A DNA stretch of 64,000 nucleotides. Origin: a virus (lineage: Duplodnaviria; Heunggongvirae; Uroviricota; Caudoviricetes). A program made the translations under genes and the position numbers. The notes beneath the pieces are model-generated. The model worked only from the letters and a program-made list of their open reading frames with translations. It was not told the DNA's origin and ran no database searches. Location of the stretch: positions 1 to 64,000 of IMG/VR virus record IMGVR_UViG_2778261689_000001; one strand, given 5' to 3'. The first letter of the stretch is position 1. Each line of letters begins with the position of its first letter. Positions 40,962 to 51,660 of the stretch are shown here, piece by piece.

Positions 40962-41396
40962 TTACAGATAATCTTCCACACGAAGACCTAAACGACGGCC
41001 TACTTCTTCCAGTACTTTGTGTTCTGCTGGCTCGATTTCACCGTCCGCTTCTGCAATTGTCAGCATGTTAACGAATACTTCTTCCGCTTCTTTTGGATCG
41101 TTTTTGATATCTTCAATTTCGCGAAGGATATTCATGCGACCAACACGGAAGCCAGCTTCCAGTTGCTCGGTAAAGCGGGTAATTGTTGCAGTAATTTCGT
41201 TACCAAAATGACTAAGACGCGGATTAGAGCGGACAAGCTGATCAAGTTTCGCTGTTTCTTCTTTTTCGATTTCACCATCAGCGGCAGACACCAACAAACA
41301 GCCACCGATGATGGCCTCCATCAGATCGCGATTCTCAACTTTTTTCAGCTCTACTTTTGCAGAAGCGACTTTCTTGCCGAACAATTTACCGAACAT
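40962..41396 (-). CDS. TerB-like tellurite-resistance-family protein (TciA-like, 144 aa)
   Basis: Two TerB-type repeats (AADGEIEKEE...; AEADGEIEPAEHKVLEEV). Confidence 0.6.
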   Translation of the reverse strand: MFGKLFGKKVASAKVELKKVENRDLMEAIIGGCLLVSAADGEIEKEETAKLDQLVRSNPRLSHFGNEITATITRFTEQLEAGFRVGRMNILREIEDIKNDPKEAEEVFVNMLTIAEADGEIEPAEHKVLEEVGRRLGLRVEDYL

Positions 41397-41574
41397 TGGT
41401 TATCCCTCAATAAAAGTGACATATTTATTAGATTGCGGTGCCGAGTGCCTCCCGGTGACGTTAACCAGTTAACAATTAACGTCGGAATGTTTAACCATTA
41501 AGGAGGATTGTTTTAACTGTTCCGCGTGCGCTTAGCCGCATTCACCGCAACGGAAAGAGCATTCCTGGTGGACC

Positions 41575-42320
41575 TGTAGATTGGGATATGAACCCGTTAC
41601 AGGAGAATGCTCTTACCTGTTACGTGCTCCGTTTCGTGGAGCTAACGGCGGGTGATCGGGCCGCACCAGACTGGACTTATTTCAGCGTTATGCTCATGCC
41701 AGAGAATCAAACTGTGATGGTCGGTGCTGAACTCCGACACAGGGTTGTAGCAAGCCCCGCAAAGCGCGCACTACTGTAGTTGCGGCACATCAGCCTGTGC
41801 ATTCACCACAATGTTGAGAACACTGGTTGTCACGCTGCAACGCAACATTTATTCGTAGATTGGGATATGACCCCGTTACGCCAGTGTTCTCAACGTTGTA
41901 GTGCCGGTTACGGTTCCGGCCAGGCCTCTTCCTCAACGGGGTGTTCTCCATACGGACTACCGTTTATTGGTCGTTCCTGCGGTTTATGTTGTGAAGCCAG
42001 ATGCTTATCTTCTGGTTGCTTCAAAGAGCTGCACTTCATCACAACGGTAAGAGCACTCGATGCATTTAAGCCAAGCCCCATAAGGGAGAATGCCCTTACC
42101 TGTTGTGTTGTGATGACCGGTGCTGATCTCCGGCTTGCGGTTATTTCAGACTCTCACGGGCGTTTAATTGCCCCGCCGAACAGCTCTTTTCCGCAATAGC
42201 TGCAATGTCTTTCGCGCATCAGCCTGCGCATTCATCACAACGGTAAGGGTACTTCGTAGGGATTCGAACCCTCTGCCAAGCTCGGCGATCTCCGACGTCG
42301 CAAAATACCCTTACCTGTTG
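41575..42320. repeat. Cluster of related long hairpin/inverted-repeat elements, some with tRNA T-arm-like cores
   Basis: Direct repeats of GTAGATTGGGATATGA(A/C)CCCGTTAC at ~41575 and ~41858; 20-bp IR CACAATGTTGAGAACACTGG/CCAGTGTTCTCAACGTTGTAG; repeated CACAACGGTAAG...CCCTTACCTGTTGTG hairpins at ~42044-42120 and ~42233-42320; GGGATTCGAACCC core at ~42262. Confidence 0.6.
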
Positions 42321-42323
42321 TGC

Positions 42324-42399
42324 TGGTGCCGATTAACGGACTCGAACCGCTGACATCCTGCTTACAAGGCAGGCGCTCTACCAACTGAGCTAAACCGGC
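42324..42399 (-). tRNA. tRNA-Thr (anticodon UGU)
   Basis: rc GCCGGTTTAGCTCAGTTGGTAGAGCGCCTGCCTTGTAAGCAGGATGTCAGCGGTTCGAGTCCGTTAATCGGCACCA with anticodon loop CTTGTAA. Confidence 0.85.
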
Positions 42400-42401
42400 A
42401 T

Positions 42402-42477
42402 TGGCGATGGTGGATGGATTTGAACCATCGACCCGTTGATTAACAGTCAACCGCTCTAACCGCTGAGCTACACCATC
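42402..42477 (-). tRNA. tRNA-Asn (anticodon GUU)
   Basis: rc GATGGTGTAGCTCAGCGGTTAGAGCGGTTGACTGTTAATCAACGGGTCGATGGTTCAAATCCATCCACCATCGCCA with anticodon loop CTGTTAA. Confidence 0.8.
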
Positions 42478-43143
42478 ACTTGCCGGGTACGTCTCCGGCG
42501 AGGGCTTCCACCTCCGTATGCTTTTCGGCGCACCGCGCCCTGGCTGCAATTCGGTAACAGGGGATGCATAACCCTGGCTTCCAGCGTGATTAGCGCTTTC
42601 AGCATGACGGGATATACCCGTAAATTCGTGGAACTGTACCCAAAGTGCTGTTAAGCACCGCTGTTACGCTGAAAAGAAAACGCAACAGGAAAGGACGCTG
42701 ACCAACAGATGGCCCCTTCTCGTTCATCTGGTTAATCACACCAGCGCCCTTACCTGTTGTGTCTCCCCGTTCCCTAATACACAGACGGGGACACTCTGCG
42801 GTCGATTTTTTGACGGGGGACGACTCATACCCCGTGGCGTCTGGCTTCTTAGGCCGCTACCATCATCAGATCATCGTTTGCATTTACTTTAATGGTCAGT
42901 TTCTAAACCGCCGCAAAGTCGCTAACCATGACGAAAACCCTGAAAAAAAACGCCCACCCGAAGATGGGCAAACTGGAAGCTCGTAACGCACTTCGGAGTT
43001 GCCACTTAGGCGCATGGTCAACCTGGCAACTCGGTGGTTTGTCTGGGAGGACTAGGCCCAGCCATGCTTACCGCCGCGCCTGTCGCGGCTAACAGCTAAA
43101 TCGCTCTATAAATCACGATTCATTGAGGCTATATTACACTAAT

Positions 43144-43160
43144 AAATTTATTAGAGCAAT
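43144..43160 (-). promoter_or_regulatory. C1 operator (perfect consensus) upstream of the tRNA/tciA/ban operon
   Basis: AAATTTATTAGAGCAAT is the exact rc of ATTGCTCTAATAAATTT. Confidence 0.8.
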
Positions 43161-45415
43161 ATACCTAAAACGTCATGAGCTACACCTCGAGTGTCCCCCT
43201 TACAAGACACAGAACGTCTGGCAAAAAGAGGTTCCACTCTGAAGCCACTGTCATGATAAAGCTCTCTGATATTTGGCGCGCCACTGTTAGTAATGAGAAC
43301 CTTTGCACCTCGACGATGAGCATCCGTCAACAGAGACACCAGGCGTTTTTGCTCTTCAAACTTAAAGTCATGACCGGAATAGTTCGTGAATCCCTCTGTA
43401 TTTGGAAGCGGTTCATACGGCGGATCGCAAAAGATGACATCTCCTTCTCCGGCAGCTTCAATCACCGCTGCAAAATCACCGCATACAAACTCAGACCGCC
43501 CTTCCGCACCGAGGAAGGCTTCCATCTCCTGTAATGGGAAATACGGAGTTTTATACTTCCCATAACCGACATTGAACTCACCGGCCTGGTTGTAACGCGT
43601 CAATCCGTTAAAACAATGTCGGTTCAGGAACAAAAACGCCGCTGCGCGATGTAAATCATCATAGACTTGTTTGTTAAACGCATTCCGTACTGCCAGGTAT
43701 CCTTCCTGTGTGTTGTAGTCCTGGAAGAAACGATGTGCCAGAGTGATAAGTGAATGCGCCTCGCGTTGCAGAGTCTTGTAAAAGTTAATCAGGTCAGCAT
43801 TCACATCATTTAGCAGATTTTCCTGGTATCCGGCATTCATGAAGACAGCTCCGCCACCAACGAAAGGTTCAATCAGGCGCTTCCCTTCTGGCAAATAGCG
43901 AAAGATTTGTTCCAGAACACCAAATTTTCCACCAGCCCATTTGAATATGGACCGTTCGAATTCTGCCGCTGGTTTAACTTTTCGCTCTTTTGTTTTACTT
44001 CCTTCTTTCTGCCGACATACGGCCTTAGTAATCCGATCGCCAATCCAGCGCATTACTGGTATTGCCATACTATTGCCGATCGCTTTGTAACGCGGTCCGT
44101 CAGCTGCAAGCATCGCGGCCTCTTCTTCGCTTAAATCTGGATAGTGATTGCGAAGATATGCCAGTTCATCTGAATTAACTTTTTTACGCTTTTCCGTCGG
44201 GATCAACGTATGCCCATCAGGAAAACCTTGCAGCCTTTCACATTCGACAGGGGTAAGACGGCGGACAGCTACTTCTGCGTTTCTTACTTCATAGCAAACA
44301 GCTGTTGGATTTTTAGCCATTAGAGATGGTGAAGTATTCTTAGTTGCAGCATGTTGTGTACCGCTCATACGCTCAGGAAAAGCCAATGTAACAAGATGCT
44401 CATGGCTTTCTTGCTCACGTGCCCGCAATGTACCATGCCCTTCTGACCAAAAACCTGCTCCTGTGCTGCTAAAAACGGCAAGGTCAGTGGCATCTTTAAA
44501 ATCTCTTGCCTTTACTGTCGATGCGGTTTCATCGTCAATATATTCCCCAAATGCTGCCATCCTGAAAGCGTTTACGGCTTTCGTCGATTTCATACCGGGT
44601 GGAATGTCAGCGTGTAGGCATGGATTTAGGCTTTCGCCACTGATTGCAGCGCCATTTGCAATAATGGCGGAAGCGATTTCCTTCTTTTTTCGGCTCGGCG
44701 CAATATCCCGGCGCACGCCTTCGAACTCAAAAAGTACCGTTGCGGGATCGAGGTCTGTTCGAGCACTTGCGACAACAAACACGCGTCGGCGTCGTTGTGC
44801 CACTCCGAAGTATTGGGCATCAAGGATTCTCCAGGCCACCTTTCGCTGCGGTCCATAAATACAACCACACTGCGGCCACTTTGGAGCATGGCAACCGGTT
44901 TTGCCATCCCACCGCCAGAACGCGTTACTTTTTCCTGATTCAGGTCGATCACCTGGTTCAAATGGCGCATCTTCTCCAGCCAATCCGGCAAGGAAACATC
45001 CGAAGGCGTTATCTGCCGATGACAGGACTCCTGGGACATTTTCCCAGACGATAACTGTCGGTTTGAGGAAGGACTCAGACCGTTTGTCGTCAATTGCATT
45101 TGCAAGCTCCACATACTTCAAAGTTAGCGCGCCGCGTTCATCATCAAGCCCACCACGTAAGCCCGCGATACTGAATGCCTGACAAGGTGTTCCCCCGACG
45201 AGCACATCAGGGGATTCGATTTCCCCAGCCAGGACTTTTTTGGCAAGTTTTGTCATGTCGCCAAGGTTGGCGACATGGGGCCAGCGGTGCGCAAGAACGG
45301 CAGATGGAAAAGGCTCGATTTCAGCAAACCACGCCGGACGCATACCCAACGGTTCCCAGGCAATACTCGCGGCTTCAATTCCACTGCAAACAGATCCATA
45401 GCACAGCTCTTTCAC
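43151..45415 (-). CDS. dmt: Bifunctional DNA methyltransferase (N-terminal C5-cytosine MTase domain, C-terminal Dam-like N6-adenine MTase domain; 754 aa)
   Basis: N-terminal [14 protein letters not shown] (motif I) and [11 protein letters not shown] (PC motif); C-terminal FKWAGGK and DPPY motifs. Confidence 0.85.
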   Translation of the reverse strand: MKELCYGSVCSGIEAASIAWEPLGMRPAWFAEIEPFPSAVLAHRWPHVANLGDMTKLAKKVLAGEIESPDVLVGGTPCQAFSIAGLRGGLDDERGALTLKYVELANAIDDKRSESFLKPTVIVWENVPGVLSSADNAFGCFLAGLAGEDAPFEPGDRPESGKSNAFWRWDGKTGCHAPKWPQCGCIYGPQRKVAWRILDAQYFGVAQRRRRVFVVASARTDLDPATVLFEFEGVRRDIAPSRKKKEIASAIIANGAAISGESLNPCLHADIPPGMKSTKAVNAFRMAAFGEYIDDETASTVKARDFKDATDLAVFSSTGAGFWSEGHGTLRAREQESHEHLVTLAFPERMSGTQHAATKNTSPSLMAKNPTAVCYEVRNAEVAVRRLTPVECERLQGFPDGHTLIPTEKRKKVNSDELAYLRNHYPDLSEEEAAMLAADGPRYKAIGNSMAIPVMRWIGDRITKAVCRQKEGSKTKERKVKPAAEFERSIFKWAGGKFGVLEQIFRYLPEGKRLIEPFVGGGAVFMNAGYQENLLNDVNADLINFYKTLQREAHSLITLAHRFFQDYNTQEGYLAVRNAFNKQVYDDLHRAAAFLFLNRHCFNGLTRYNQAGEFNVGYGKYKTPYFPLQEMEAFLGAEGRSEFVCGDFAAVIEAAGEGDVIFCDPPYEPLPNTEGFTNYSGHDFKFEEQKRLVSLLTDAHRRGAKVLITNSGAPNIRELYHDSGFRVEPLFARRSVSCKGDTRGVAHDVLGILL

Positions 45416-46317
45416 TGCTTAGCCTCTCCACCAAGGGCATTTACCAGAGCATCAACCAGGCACGAAATTTCACTGGTTAACAGGAAGAAATCTGCGTCCA
45501 GTCGCTGCGCAACATCTTCACTATCAATATCAGAGTTCTGCTCAAGCAATTCATCCGCAAATTTGACGCTGGTAAGGCTGAAGTTATGGTCCAGTGTAAA
45601 TTTAATGCGGTTCTGCCAGTCGAGTGCCAACTTAGTGACGAGCTTGCCAGCTTCCAGGTGTGTGGAAATTTCATCGCTTCCCAAATCCTGCTTTTTCACT
45701 CGGGCAATACCGCCATCCTCAAGCACTGCCTTAAGTTCTGCCGCATCCCCCATTTGAAATCCCTGTGGAGCACTACCATCACGTACCCAGTCGGTCAGCG
45801 TTAATTCAATGGGATTTTCAACACTCAGGGGAACAACAGGAAGAGAACCAAGAGACTTACGCATAAGCGCGAGCATATCCTCTGCCTGCCGCGCGCTGGC
45901 ATTGATATAGATACGTTTAGTTGAACCGTCGTAGATCGCCTGGATAACAGAAAACTTTGAAAAAGCCCGTGGCAGAAGAGAATGCAGAACTTCGTCTTTC
46001 AGGGAGTCCTTCTCTGTTTTCTTCAGTTTACGCGCTTGTTCTTGCTCAAGTTTTTCAATTTTTTCTTGAATAGCTCGCTGGATAACCGGCGGGGGAAGAA
46101 TTTTTGTTTCGCGCTTTGCTTCAACAAGGATAAAACCATTTCCATGCATAGCGATAACTTCGGAATTATCACCAAATGGCGATACAAAACCGAACTTAGC
46201 CATATCCTGACTACCGCATGGCGTGAAAAGGATCATTTTCTTTTTATCTTCTAAGTCGGTCAGATCCGCCTCACGAGAAAGTTTATAAATAGTAATGTTT
46301 TTCCAGTGCTTAAACAT
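45412..46317 (-). CDS. RdgC-like recombination-associated protein (302 aa from internal Met)
   Basis: [13 protein letters not shown]... N-terminus resembles RdgC MLWFKNLMVYRL; track ORF extended to 46431 is probably over-long. Confidence 0.6.
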   Translation of the reverse strand: MFKHWKNITIYKLSREADLTDLEDKKKMILFTPCGSQDMAKFGFVSPFGDNSEVIAMHGNGFILVEAKRETKILPPPVIQRAIQEKIEKLEQEQARKLKKTEKDSLKDEVLHSLLPRAFSKFSVIQAIYDGSTKRIYINASARQAEDMLALMRKSLGSLPVVPLSVENPIELTLTDWVRDGSAPQGFQMGDAAELKAVLEDGGIARVKKQDLGSDEISTHLEAGKLVTKLALDWQNRIKFTLDHNFSLTSVKFADELLEQNSDIDSEDVAQRLDADFFLLTSEISCLVDALVNALGGEAKQ

Positions 46318-46594
46318 GTTGTAACCCTTGAATATCAACCACAGAAAGCTCGTCTTTGTAGAAAAAGGCCAGGTTGTGGCACCCCCTCGTTTGAGCGTAT
46401 GAGCTGGGACCAATTTCGTTCTTCCAGACAAATGGCTTCAAATCCGTACGGCGAAGCATAAAAACGCGATTTGTTCCGCTCTGATTCCCAATGAGGCAAA
46501 AGCCTTCTTTCACCTTGATAGCCTGCAAGTTGTCGAGTTCACCGCTGGTTACACGGCTATCGAACTCTTTGCGGCTTATTAGCTCCATCTGCAT
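46310..46594 (-). CDS. Small hypothetical protein, first gene after C1 operator (start uncertain)
   Basis: ATG at 46594 (MQMELISRK...); track ORF start at 46666 overlaps the operator. Confidence 0.35.
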   Translation of the reverse strand: MQMELISRKEFDSRVTSGELDNLQAIKVKEGFCLIGNQSGTNRVFMLRRTDLKPFVWKNEIGPSSYAQTRGCHNLAFFYKDELSVVDIQGLQHV

Positions 46595-46664
46595 CTGACG
46601 ACTCCAAACAAATGCCCATTGAAGGGCGATGGCTGAATGGTACCGAAAATACGACATAAAAAAC

Positions 46665-46681
46665 AATATTTATTAGAGCAA
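46665..46681 (-). promoter_or_regulatory. C1 operator upstream of the RdgC-like/dmt operon
   Basis: ATATTTATTAGAGCAAT, 16/17 to consensus. Confidence 0.7.
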
Positions 46682-46763
46682 TTTTGCAATAGTTGAACTC
46701 CATGTAGACCACAAACAACCTGAATTAAAATAACGAAAATCAGAGCAAATAATTGGTGATGAC

Positions 46764-47048
46764 GTGGCAAGTATTGCAACAAAAGACAGCATTTGTTCGG
46801 GGCACGGAGGATTCCCATCCAGGCCTCCTGTAGAGAGTGAACCACTACTTAAAGTCAACGGAGTCGAAGTGTTAGTTGATGGTAAGCAATATGCACAGCA
46901 TACCGATGGAAACAGTACGCACGGTGGGCAAGCTATATCAACCAGGGCATGGTTTACCGTCAATGGTAAAGGGATCGTATGCGTTGGTGACCCTGTTTCA
47001 TGCGGATCTACCGTAGCGTCCGGAGACGGCCTGGTTCAGGTAAGTTAG
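46764..47048 (+). CDS. PAAR-like small Gly/Cys/His-rich protein (94 aa)
   Basis: CSGHGG...HGG...CVGD...CG pattern reminiscent of PAAR spike-tip proteins; tentative. Confidence 0.35.
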   Translation: MASIATKDSICSGHGGFPSRPPVESEPLLKVNGVEVLVDGKQYAQHTDGNSTHGGQAISTRAWFTVNGKGIVCVGDPVSCGSTVASGDGLVQVS

Positions 47049-47056
47049 GAGATATC

Positions 47057-47845
47057 ATGCTGGAAAAAGACTACCAGTTATCCGCATATAAAAAATTGGC
47101 CGCCGCCGGTGGGATGAAAACACCTGGTGCCATAACATCGGCACGAAACAGTGCTAACACAGCAAAACTGCTTGCAGAAGAATTGACCGGATTAATTCTG
47201 GATACAATTGTCTATCCCGACACTATTACCAGCTATGTTTCAACGATCAGAACAACCACAACCGGCTTAACGAACATTGGAGAACTGGCAACTAAGCACG
47301 CGGACCTGTTGGCTGGTTATGCAGATCTGTCAATGCTGCTTCAACTCGATATTGGTTGGGATGTTTACTGCCGTGCTAATGAGCGAGAAGTTTCAGAACT
47401 GCCGATCTCTATTGCCATTGGTGATGTGAATATTACTAAATCGCTTGAGGACGCTGTTAACGCGCTTAATACATCAAGTTTAGTCGCTGCAATGGGGGAG
47501 ATTAACCAGACCCTTAACACTGGCTCAGGAAGCTCGCCAGGCTCTGGTTCAGGCGGCGGCACTGCCACTCCCCCACCAGCACTAACAGAAGAGCAAATTG
47601 AATCTCTGAAAGTAGCAACTGAACAGTTTGGGGTTGTTTTCAACCAGACAACAGCGCCCACAACTGCGTTACAACAGCAGTATGAACGAGCGAATGAAAG
47701 CGCCAATGTAGCCATAACTGCTTATAACCATGCTATCGGTACTGCGCTTGCGGAAGCATCAGCAAATAAGGCCAGCACAGCCAGCGCAGTTGCTGCTTTG
47801 GTTCCTGATTCTGTTCTTGATGAATTAAACAAAGCGGCACAGTAA
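47057..47845 (+). CDS. Hypothetical protein (262 aa from Met at 47057)
   Basis: ATG preceded by AGGAGAT; Ala/Thr-rich. Confidence 0.4.
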   Translation: MLEKDYQLSAYKKLAAAGGMKTPGAITSARNSANTAKLLAEELTGLILDTIVYPDTITSYVSTIRTTTTGLTNIGELATKHADLLAGYADLSMLLQLDIGWDVYCRANEREVSELPISIAIGDVNITKSLEDAVNALNTSSLVAAMGEINQTLNTGSGSSPGSGSGGGTATPPPALTEEQIESLKVATEQFGVVFNQTTAPTTALQQQYERANESANVAITAYNHAIGTALAEASANKASTASAVAALVPDSVLDELNKAAQ

Positions 47846-47884
47846 CAAAGGACTTCATTGATAATTTTTCTTCAGGAGGAAGAC

Positions 47885-48307
47885 ATGTCATTCTTTTCTA
47901 CGTTAAAAACAGCTTTGTCTTTGAAGGAGAAACTTGCTGCTACTGGTGTTCTTGTTCTGATTTGCGCACTTGTTGGTGCCGGGTTTGCATGGGAACGTCA
48001 TCAGCTAAAGCAAGCCTTGGATAAAATTGGCAGTCTTGATCAGGCTGTTAAGGAACGTGATAAGTCAATAATGGATCTTAACCAGACCATTGAGACGATG
48101 AACAAAGCAGATCAACATTTTCACAGCCAGGAAGTGAAAAATGAATCAGAACAAGCCAAATATGCTGACAGGCAAATGGAACGAAAAGCTGAAGTTCAGA
48201 AACAACTGGTTGCGGCGGGTAATGTTCGCCAGCGCATTCCTGCTGACACTCAGCGGTTGCTCTGGGAGTCGATCAGCGAATTTAACGCCGACGCCGACAA
48301 AGGTTAA
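47885..48307 (+). CDS. i-spanin-like (Rz-like) protein: N-terminal TM anchor plus coiled coil
   Basis: ATG at 47885 preceded by AGGAGGA; hydrophobic segment GVLVLICALVGAGFAW then heptad-rich region; overlapping lipoprotein frame downstream. Confidence 0.5.
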   Translation: MSFFSTLKTALSLKEKLAATGVLVLICALVGAGFAWERHQLKQALDKIGSLDQAVKERDKSIMDLNQTIETMNKADQHFHSQEVKNESEQAKYADRQMERKAEVQKQLVAAGNVRQRIPADTQRLLWESISEFNADADKG

Positions 48308-48473
48308 CCACCCTGCCCCCAAAAGTGCATTTATGTGCAGAATGCCAGAGTTTAGCAGTGAATATTTTGATGATCTGCCAGCGTATATCCTCGATACAGA
48401 AACGATGCTGATGGGGATTAACAGGAAGAATCGCAACGTTAATGATTACAACCGCGCTATCAGCGGTAACTAA
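48222..48473 (+). CDS. o-spanin-like (Rz1-like) lipoprotein in the +1 frame overlapping the i-spanin 3' end
   Basis: MFASAFLLTLSGC lipobox followed by Pro-rich TPTPTKVNHPAP; overlaps 47885-48307 out of frame. Confidence 0.5.
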   Translation: MFASAFLLTLSGCSGSRSANLTPTPTKVNHPAPKSAFMCRMPEFSSEYFDDLPAYILDTETMLMGINRKNRNVNDYNRAISGN

Positions 48474-48484
48474 AAGGGATTTTT

Positions 48485-48877
48485 ATGTCTGATAAAGTAA
48501 CAGTAAAGCAAACTATCAACAAAGCGACTTCAATCTACAAAATTGAGCACATCACTGTTGGCAAGCCAGGATCTGAACAATACCGTCATGCTTTCGAGCT
48601 TGCCGATCAGCTTGGTTTAAAACACCCAGATTGCATCGAGCATGTATTTCCGACCTATGCTGATGAGCAATGTACTCATGTTCTTACCGAAGAGGATTTT
48701 TTCAGCACTGAAGAACGAGAAGGCGTTGATCGTTGCATTGGTGTGATTTGCTCTTCAGTGAGTTATGAGTTATTCCCTAATGTTCATGAAAATGGTGGTA
48801 TTGGATACCAATTCCTGTACGAAGGCGATGAGCTTAAATGTTATGAACATGGTCTTCTTATCGAAAGCGTAGAATAA
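48485..48877 (+). CDS. Hypothetical protein (130 aa)
   Basis: ORF with GGATT... RBS context. Confidence 0.35.
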   Translation: MSDKVTVKQTINKATSIYKIEHITVGKPGSEQYRHAFELADQLGLKHPDCIEHVFPTYADEQCTHVLTEEDFFSTEEREGVDRCIGVICSSVSYELFPNVHENGGIGYQFLYEGDELKCYEHGLLIESVE

Positions 48878-48917
48878 TACCCTTCCTTCCAACCGGCTAT
48901 GTTGGCCGGTTTTTCAC

Positions 48918-49180
48918 TTATCCACATTATCCACTGGGTAGATCCAATAATTAGGTCCATACAGATCCCAATTAGATCCATATAGATCCCTGATCGTTGC
49001 AGGCCGCGCCACGTCTGGCTTAGAAGTGTATCGCGATGTGTGCTGGAGGGAAAACGATGTGTGCTGGCGGGATAAAAATGTGTGCTGACGGGTTGCTAAT
49101 GTGTGCTGGCGGGATATAGGATGTGTGCTGACGGGAAAGCCTGGGTAGTTATCACCACTTATAAAAGCTATCCACATAAT
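48918..49180. other. oriR: Plasmid replication origin oriR: tandem DnaA boxes, five GATC heptamers, five 19-bp iterons (incC), distal DnaA box
   Basis: TTATCCACA/TTATCCACT at 48918-48935; GATC at 48941, 48964, 48975, 48985, 48992; iterons GATGTGTGCTGGAGGGAAA-type at 49035-49138; CTATCCACA at 49169-49177. Confidence 0.85.
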
Positions 49181-49194
49181 TCGGAAAAAGTAAT

Positions 49195-50055
49195 ATGAAT
49201 CAATCTTTTATCTCCGATATTCTTTACGCAGACATTGAAAGTAAGGCAAAAGAACTAACAGTTAATTCAAACAACACTGTGCAGCCTGTAGCGTTGATGC
49301 GCTTGGGGGTATTCGTGCCGAAGCCATCAAAGAGCAAAGGAGAAAGTAAAGAGATTGATGCCACCAAAGCGTTTTCCCAGCTGGAGATAGCTAAAGCCGA
49401 GGGTTACGATGATATTAAAATCACCGGTCCTCGACTCGATATGGATACTGATTTCAAAACGTGGATCGGTGTCATCTACGCGTTCAGCAAATACGGCTTG
49501 TCCTCAAACACCATCCAGTTATCGTTTCAGGAATTCGCTAAAGCCTGTGGTTTCCCCTCAAAACGTCTGGATGCGAAACTGCGTTTAACCATTCATGAAT
49601 CACTTGGACGCTTGCGTAACAAGGGTATCGCTTTTAAGCGCGGAAAAGATGCTAAAGGCGGCTATCAGACTGGTCTGCTGAAGGTCGGACGTTTTGATGC
49701 TGACCTTGATCTGATAGAGCTGGAGGCTGATTCGAAGCTGTGGGAGCTGTTCCAGCTTGATTATCGCGTTCTGTTGCAACACCACGCCTTGCGTGCCCTT
49801 CCGAAGAAAGAAGCTGCACAAGCCATTTACACTTTCATCGAAAGCCTTCCGCAGAACCCGTTGCCGCTATCGTTCGCGCGAATCCGTGAGCGCCTGGCTT
49901 TGCAGTCAGCTGTTGGCGAGCAAAACCGTATCATTAAGAAAGCGATAGAACAGCTTAAAACAATCGGCTATCTCGACTGTTCAATTGAGAAGAAAGGCCG
50001 GGAAAGTTTTGTAATCGTCCATTCTCGCAATCCAAAGCTGAAACTCCCCGAATAA
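49195..50055 (+). CDS. repA: Plasmid replication initiator RepA (286 aa)
   Basis: Flanked by iteron arrays on both sides; size and context as for P1 RepA. Confidence 0.85.
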   Translation: MNQSFISDILYADIESKAKELTVNSNNTVQPVALMRLGVFVPKPSKSKGESKEIDATKAFSQLEIAKAEGYDDIKITGPRLDMDTDFKTWIGVIYAFSKYGLSSNTIQLSFQEFAKACGFPSKRLDAKLRLTIHESLGRLRNKGIAFKRGKDAKGGYQTGLLKVGRFDADLDLIELEADSKLWELFQLDYRVLLQHHALRALPKKEAAQAIYTFIESLPQNPLPLSFARIRERLALQSAVGEQNRIIKKAIEQLKTIGYLDCSIEKKGRESFVIVHSRNPKLKLPE

Positions 50056-50340
50056 GTGTGTGCTGGAGGGCAGCTGCATTCAAAAAATGTGTGCTGCCGG
50101 GAAGGCTTGTCCAATTTCCCGTTTTTGATGTGCGCTGGAGGGGGACGCCCCGCAGTTTGCTCAGACTTTCCCTCCAGCACACATCTGTCCATCCGTTTTT
50201 CCCTCCAGTGCACATGTAATTCTCTGTCTTTCCCTCCAGCACACATATTTGATACCAGCGATCCCTCCACAGCACATAATTCAATGCGACTTCCCTCTAT
50301 CGCACATTCTGGTCCTGCATCATCCCTCCAGCACACATCT
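50056..50340. repeat. incA: incA iteron array (copy-number control), iterons in both orientations
   Basis: Repeats of (A/G)TGTGTGCTGGAGGG-type 19-mers and their reverse complements TCCCTCCAGCACACAT. Confidence 0.85.
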
Positions 50341-50448
50341 AATAGCCTCATCGCCATTTCTTTACGTGCAATAATTGACGCACGAATCAAAAAAAGTTGC
50401 ACGTAGCAGAATCAAACGTACAATTCACTCATACGAAATGATAAGGAG

Positions 50449-51660
50449 ATGATGATGAAACGCGATTACGGCGGTGTCGGCACCATAGCTCTTCGTGCAA
50501 GCGCATTACTTAAGGCCATGAGTCAGGATATTGAAGATCAGCGCAAAGAGTTCAATCAGACCGAGTATTATCAGACGTTCACTCGTAACGCTGTGGCAAA
50601 GTTGCCGAAGCTGAGCCGCCGCATTGTGGAGCAGGCCATCAAAGAGATGGAAGATGATGGGTACCAGTTCAACAAGAAACAGGTCGGTAACGTTGAACAG
50701 TACGCGCTGACCATCCAGAACGTCATTGATATCTATGCCCACCGTAAGATCCCCAAATATCGCGACATTCACAAATCGCCTTACGTTATTTTTGTCGTAA
50801 ACCTGAAGGGTGGCGTATCCAAAACGGTTTCCACAGTCACGTTGGCGCACGCTCTGCGTGTGCATCAGGATTTACTGCGTCACGATCTGCGCATTCTGGT
50901 AATTGACCTTGACCCTCAGGCATCCAGCACAATGTTCCTCGACCATACTCACAGTATTGGTTCCATCCTGGAAACCGCCGCGCAGGCGATGCTGAACGAC
51001 CTGGACGCGGAGACGCTACGCAAAGAGGTGATTCGTCCGACCATCGTTCCTGGCGTAGACGTGATTCCAGCCTCTATCGACGATGGCTTTGTTGCCAGCC
51101 AATGGAAAGAGCTGGTTGAAGAGCATCTTCCCGGACAAAATCAGTACGAAATCCTTCGACGCAATATCATTGATCGTGTTGCGGATGATTATGACTTTAT
51201 CTTTATTGATACCGGTCCACACCTGGATCCGTTCCTGCTCAACGGTCTGGCGGCCAGCGATTTGCTGCTTACCCCTACCCCACCAGCCCAGGTTGACTTC
51301 CACTCAACACTGAAATATCTCACCCGTCTGCCAGAAATGCTGGAGCAACTGGAGGAGGAAGGCGTAGAACCGCGTTTGAGCGCCAGCATTGGTTTTATGT
51401 CGAAGATGACCGGCAAGCGCGATCACGAGACATCACACAGCCTTGCGCGTGAGGTTTACGCCAGCAACATTCTGGACTCTTCTCTGCCTCGTCTGGATGG
51501 CTTTGAGCGATGCGGCGAGTCTTTCGACACCGTAATCAGTGCCAACCCGCAATCGTATCCAGGCAGTGCAGAGGCGCTGAAGAAGGCACGAACCGAGGCC
51601 GAGCGTTTCACTAAGGCTGTGTTTGATCGAATTGAGTTTGTTAGGGGTGAGGCGGCATGA
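50449..51660 (+). CDS. parA: ParA partition ATPase (P1/P7 type Ia, ~400 aa)
   Basis: Deviant Walker A NLKGGVSKTVSTV; long N-terminal HTH extension typical of type Ia ParA; C-terminal LPRLDGFERCGESFDTVISANP. Confidence 0.85.
   Translation: MMMKRDYGGVGTIALRASALLKAMSQDIEDQRKEFNQTEYYQTFTRNAVAKLPKLSRRIVEQAIKEMEDDGYQFNKKQVGNVEQYALTIQNVIDIYAHRKIPKYRDIHKSPYVIFVVNLKGGVSKTVSTVTLAHALRVHQDLLRHDLRILVIDLDPQASSTMFLDHTHSIGSILETAAQAMLNDLDAETLRKEVIRPTIVPGVDVIPASIDDGFVASQWKELVEEHLPGQNQYEILRRNIIDRVADDYDFIFIDTGPHLDPFLLNGLAASDLLLTPTPPAQVDFHSTLKYLTRLPEMLEQLEEEGVEPRLSASIGFMSKMTGKRDHETSHSLAREVYASNILDSSLPRLDGFERCGESFDTVISANPQSYPGSAEALKKARTEAERFTKAVFDRIEFVRGEAA

Noticed and set aside
42235-42549. 104-aa minus-strand ORF
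   Set aside because: Lies across the tRNA-Thr and tRNA-Asn genes; its Gly/Ser/Pro-rich product is the usual artefact of translating tRNA DNA
43098-43117. Additional operator copy AAATCGCTCTATAAATCAC
   Set aside because: Only about 12/17 matches to the operator consensus and adjacent to a perfect copy; treated as chance similarity
49035-50340. Possible CRISPR array (regularly spaced short repeats)
   Set aside because: Repeats are 19-bp iterons with about 2-3 bp spacers, in both orientations, flanking repA; no cas genes; this is plasmid iteron architecture
48914-50406. ORFs 48914-49177, 49955-50284, 49968-50402, 50056-50406
   Set aside because: They cover the oriR and incA iteron arrays; repeated residues reflect translation of iterons rather than genes
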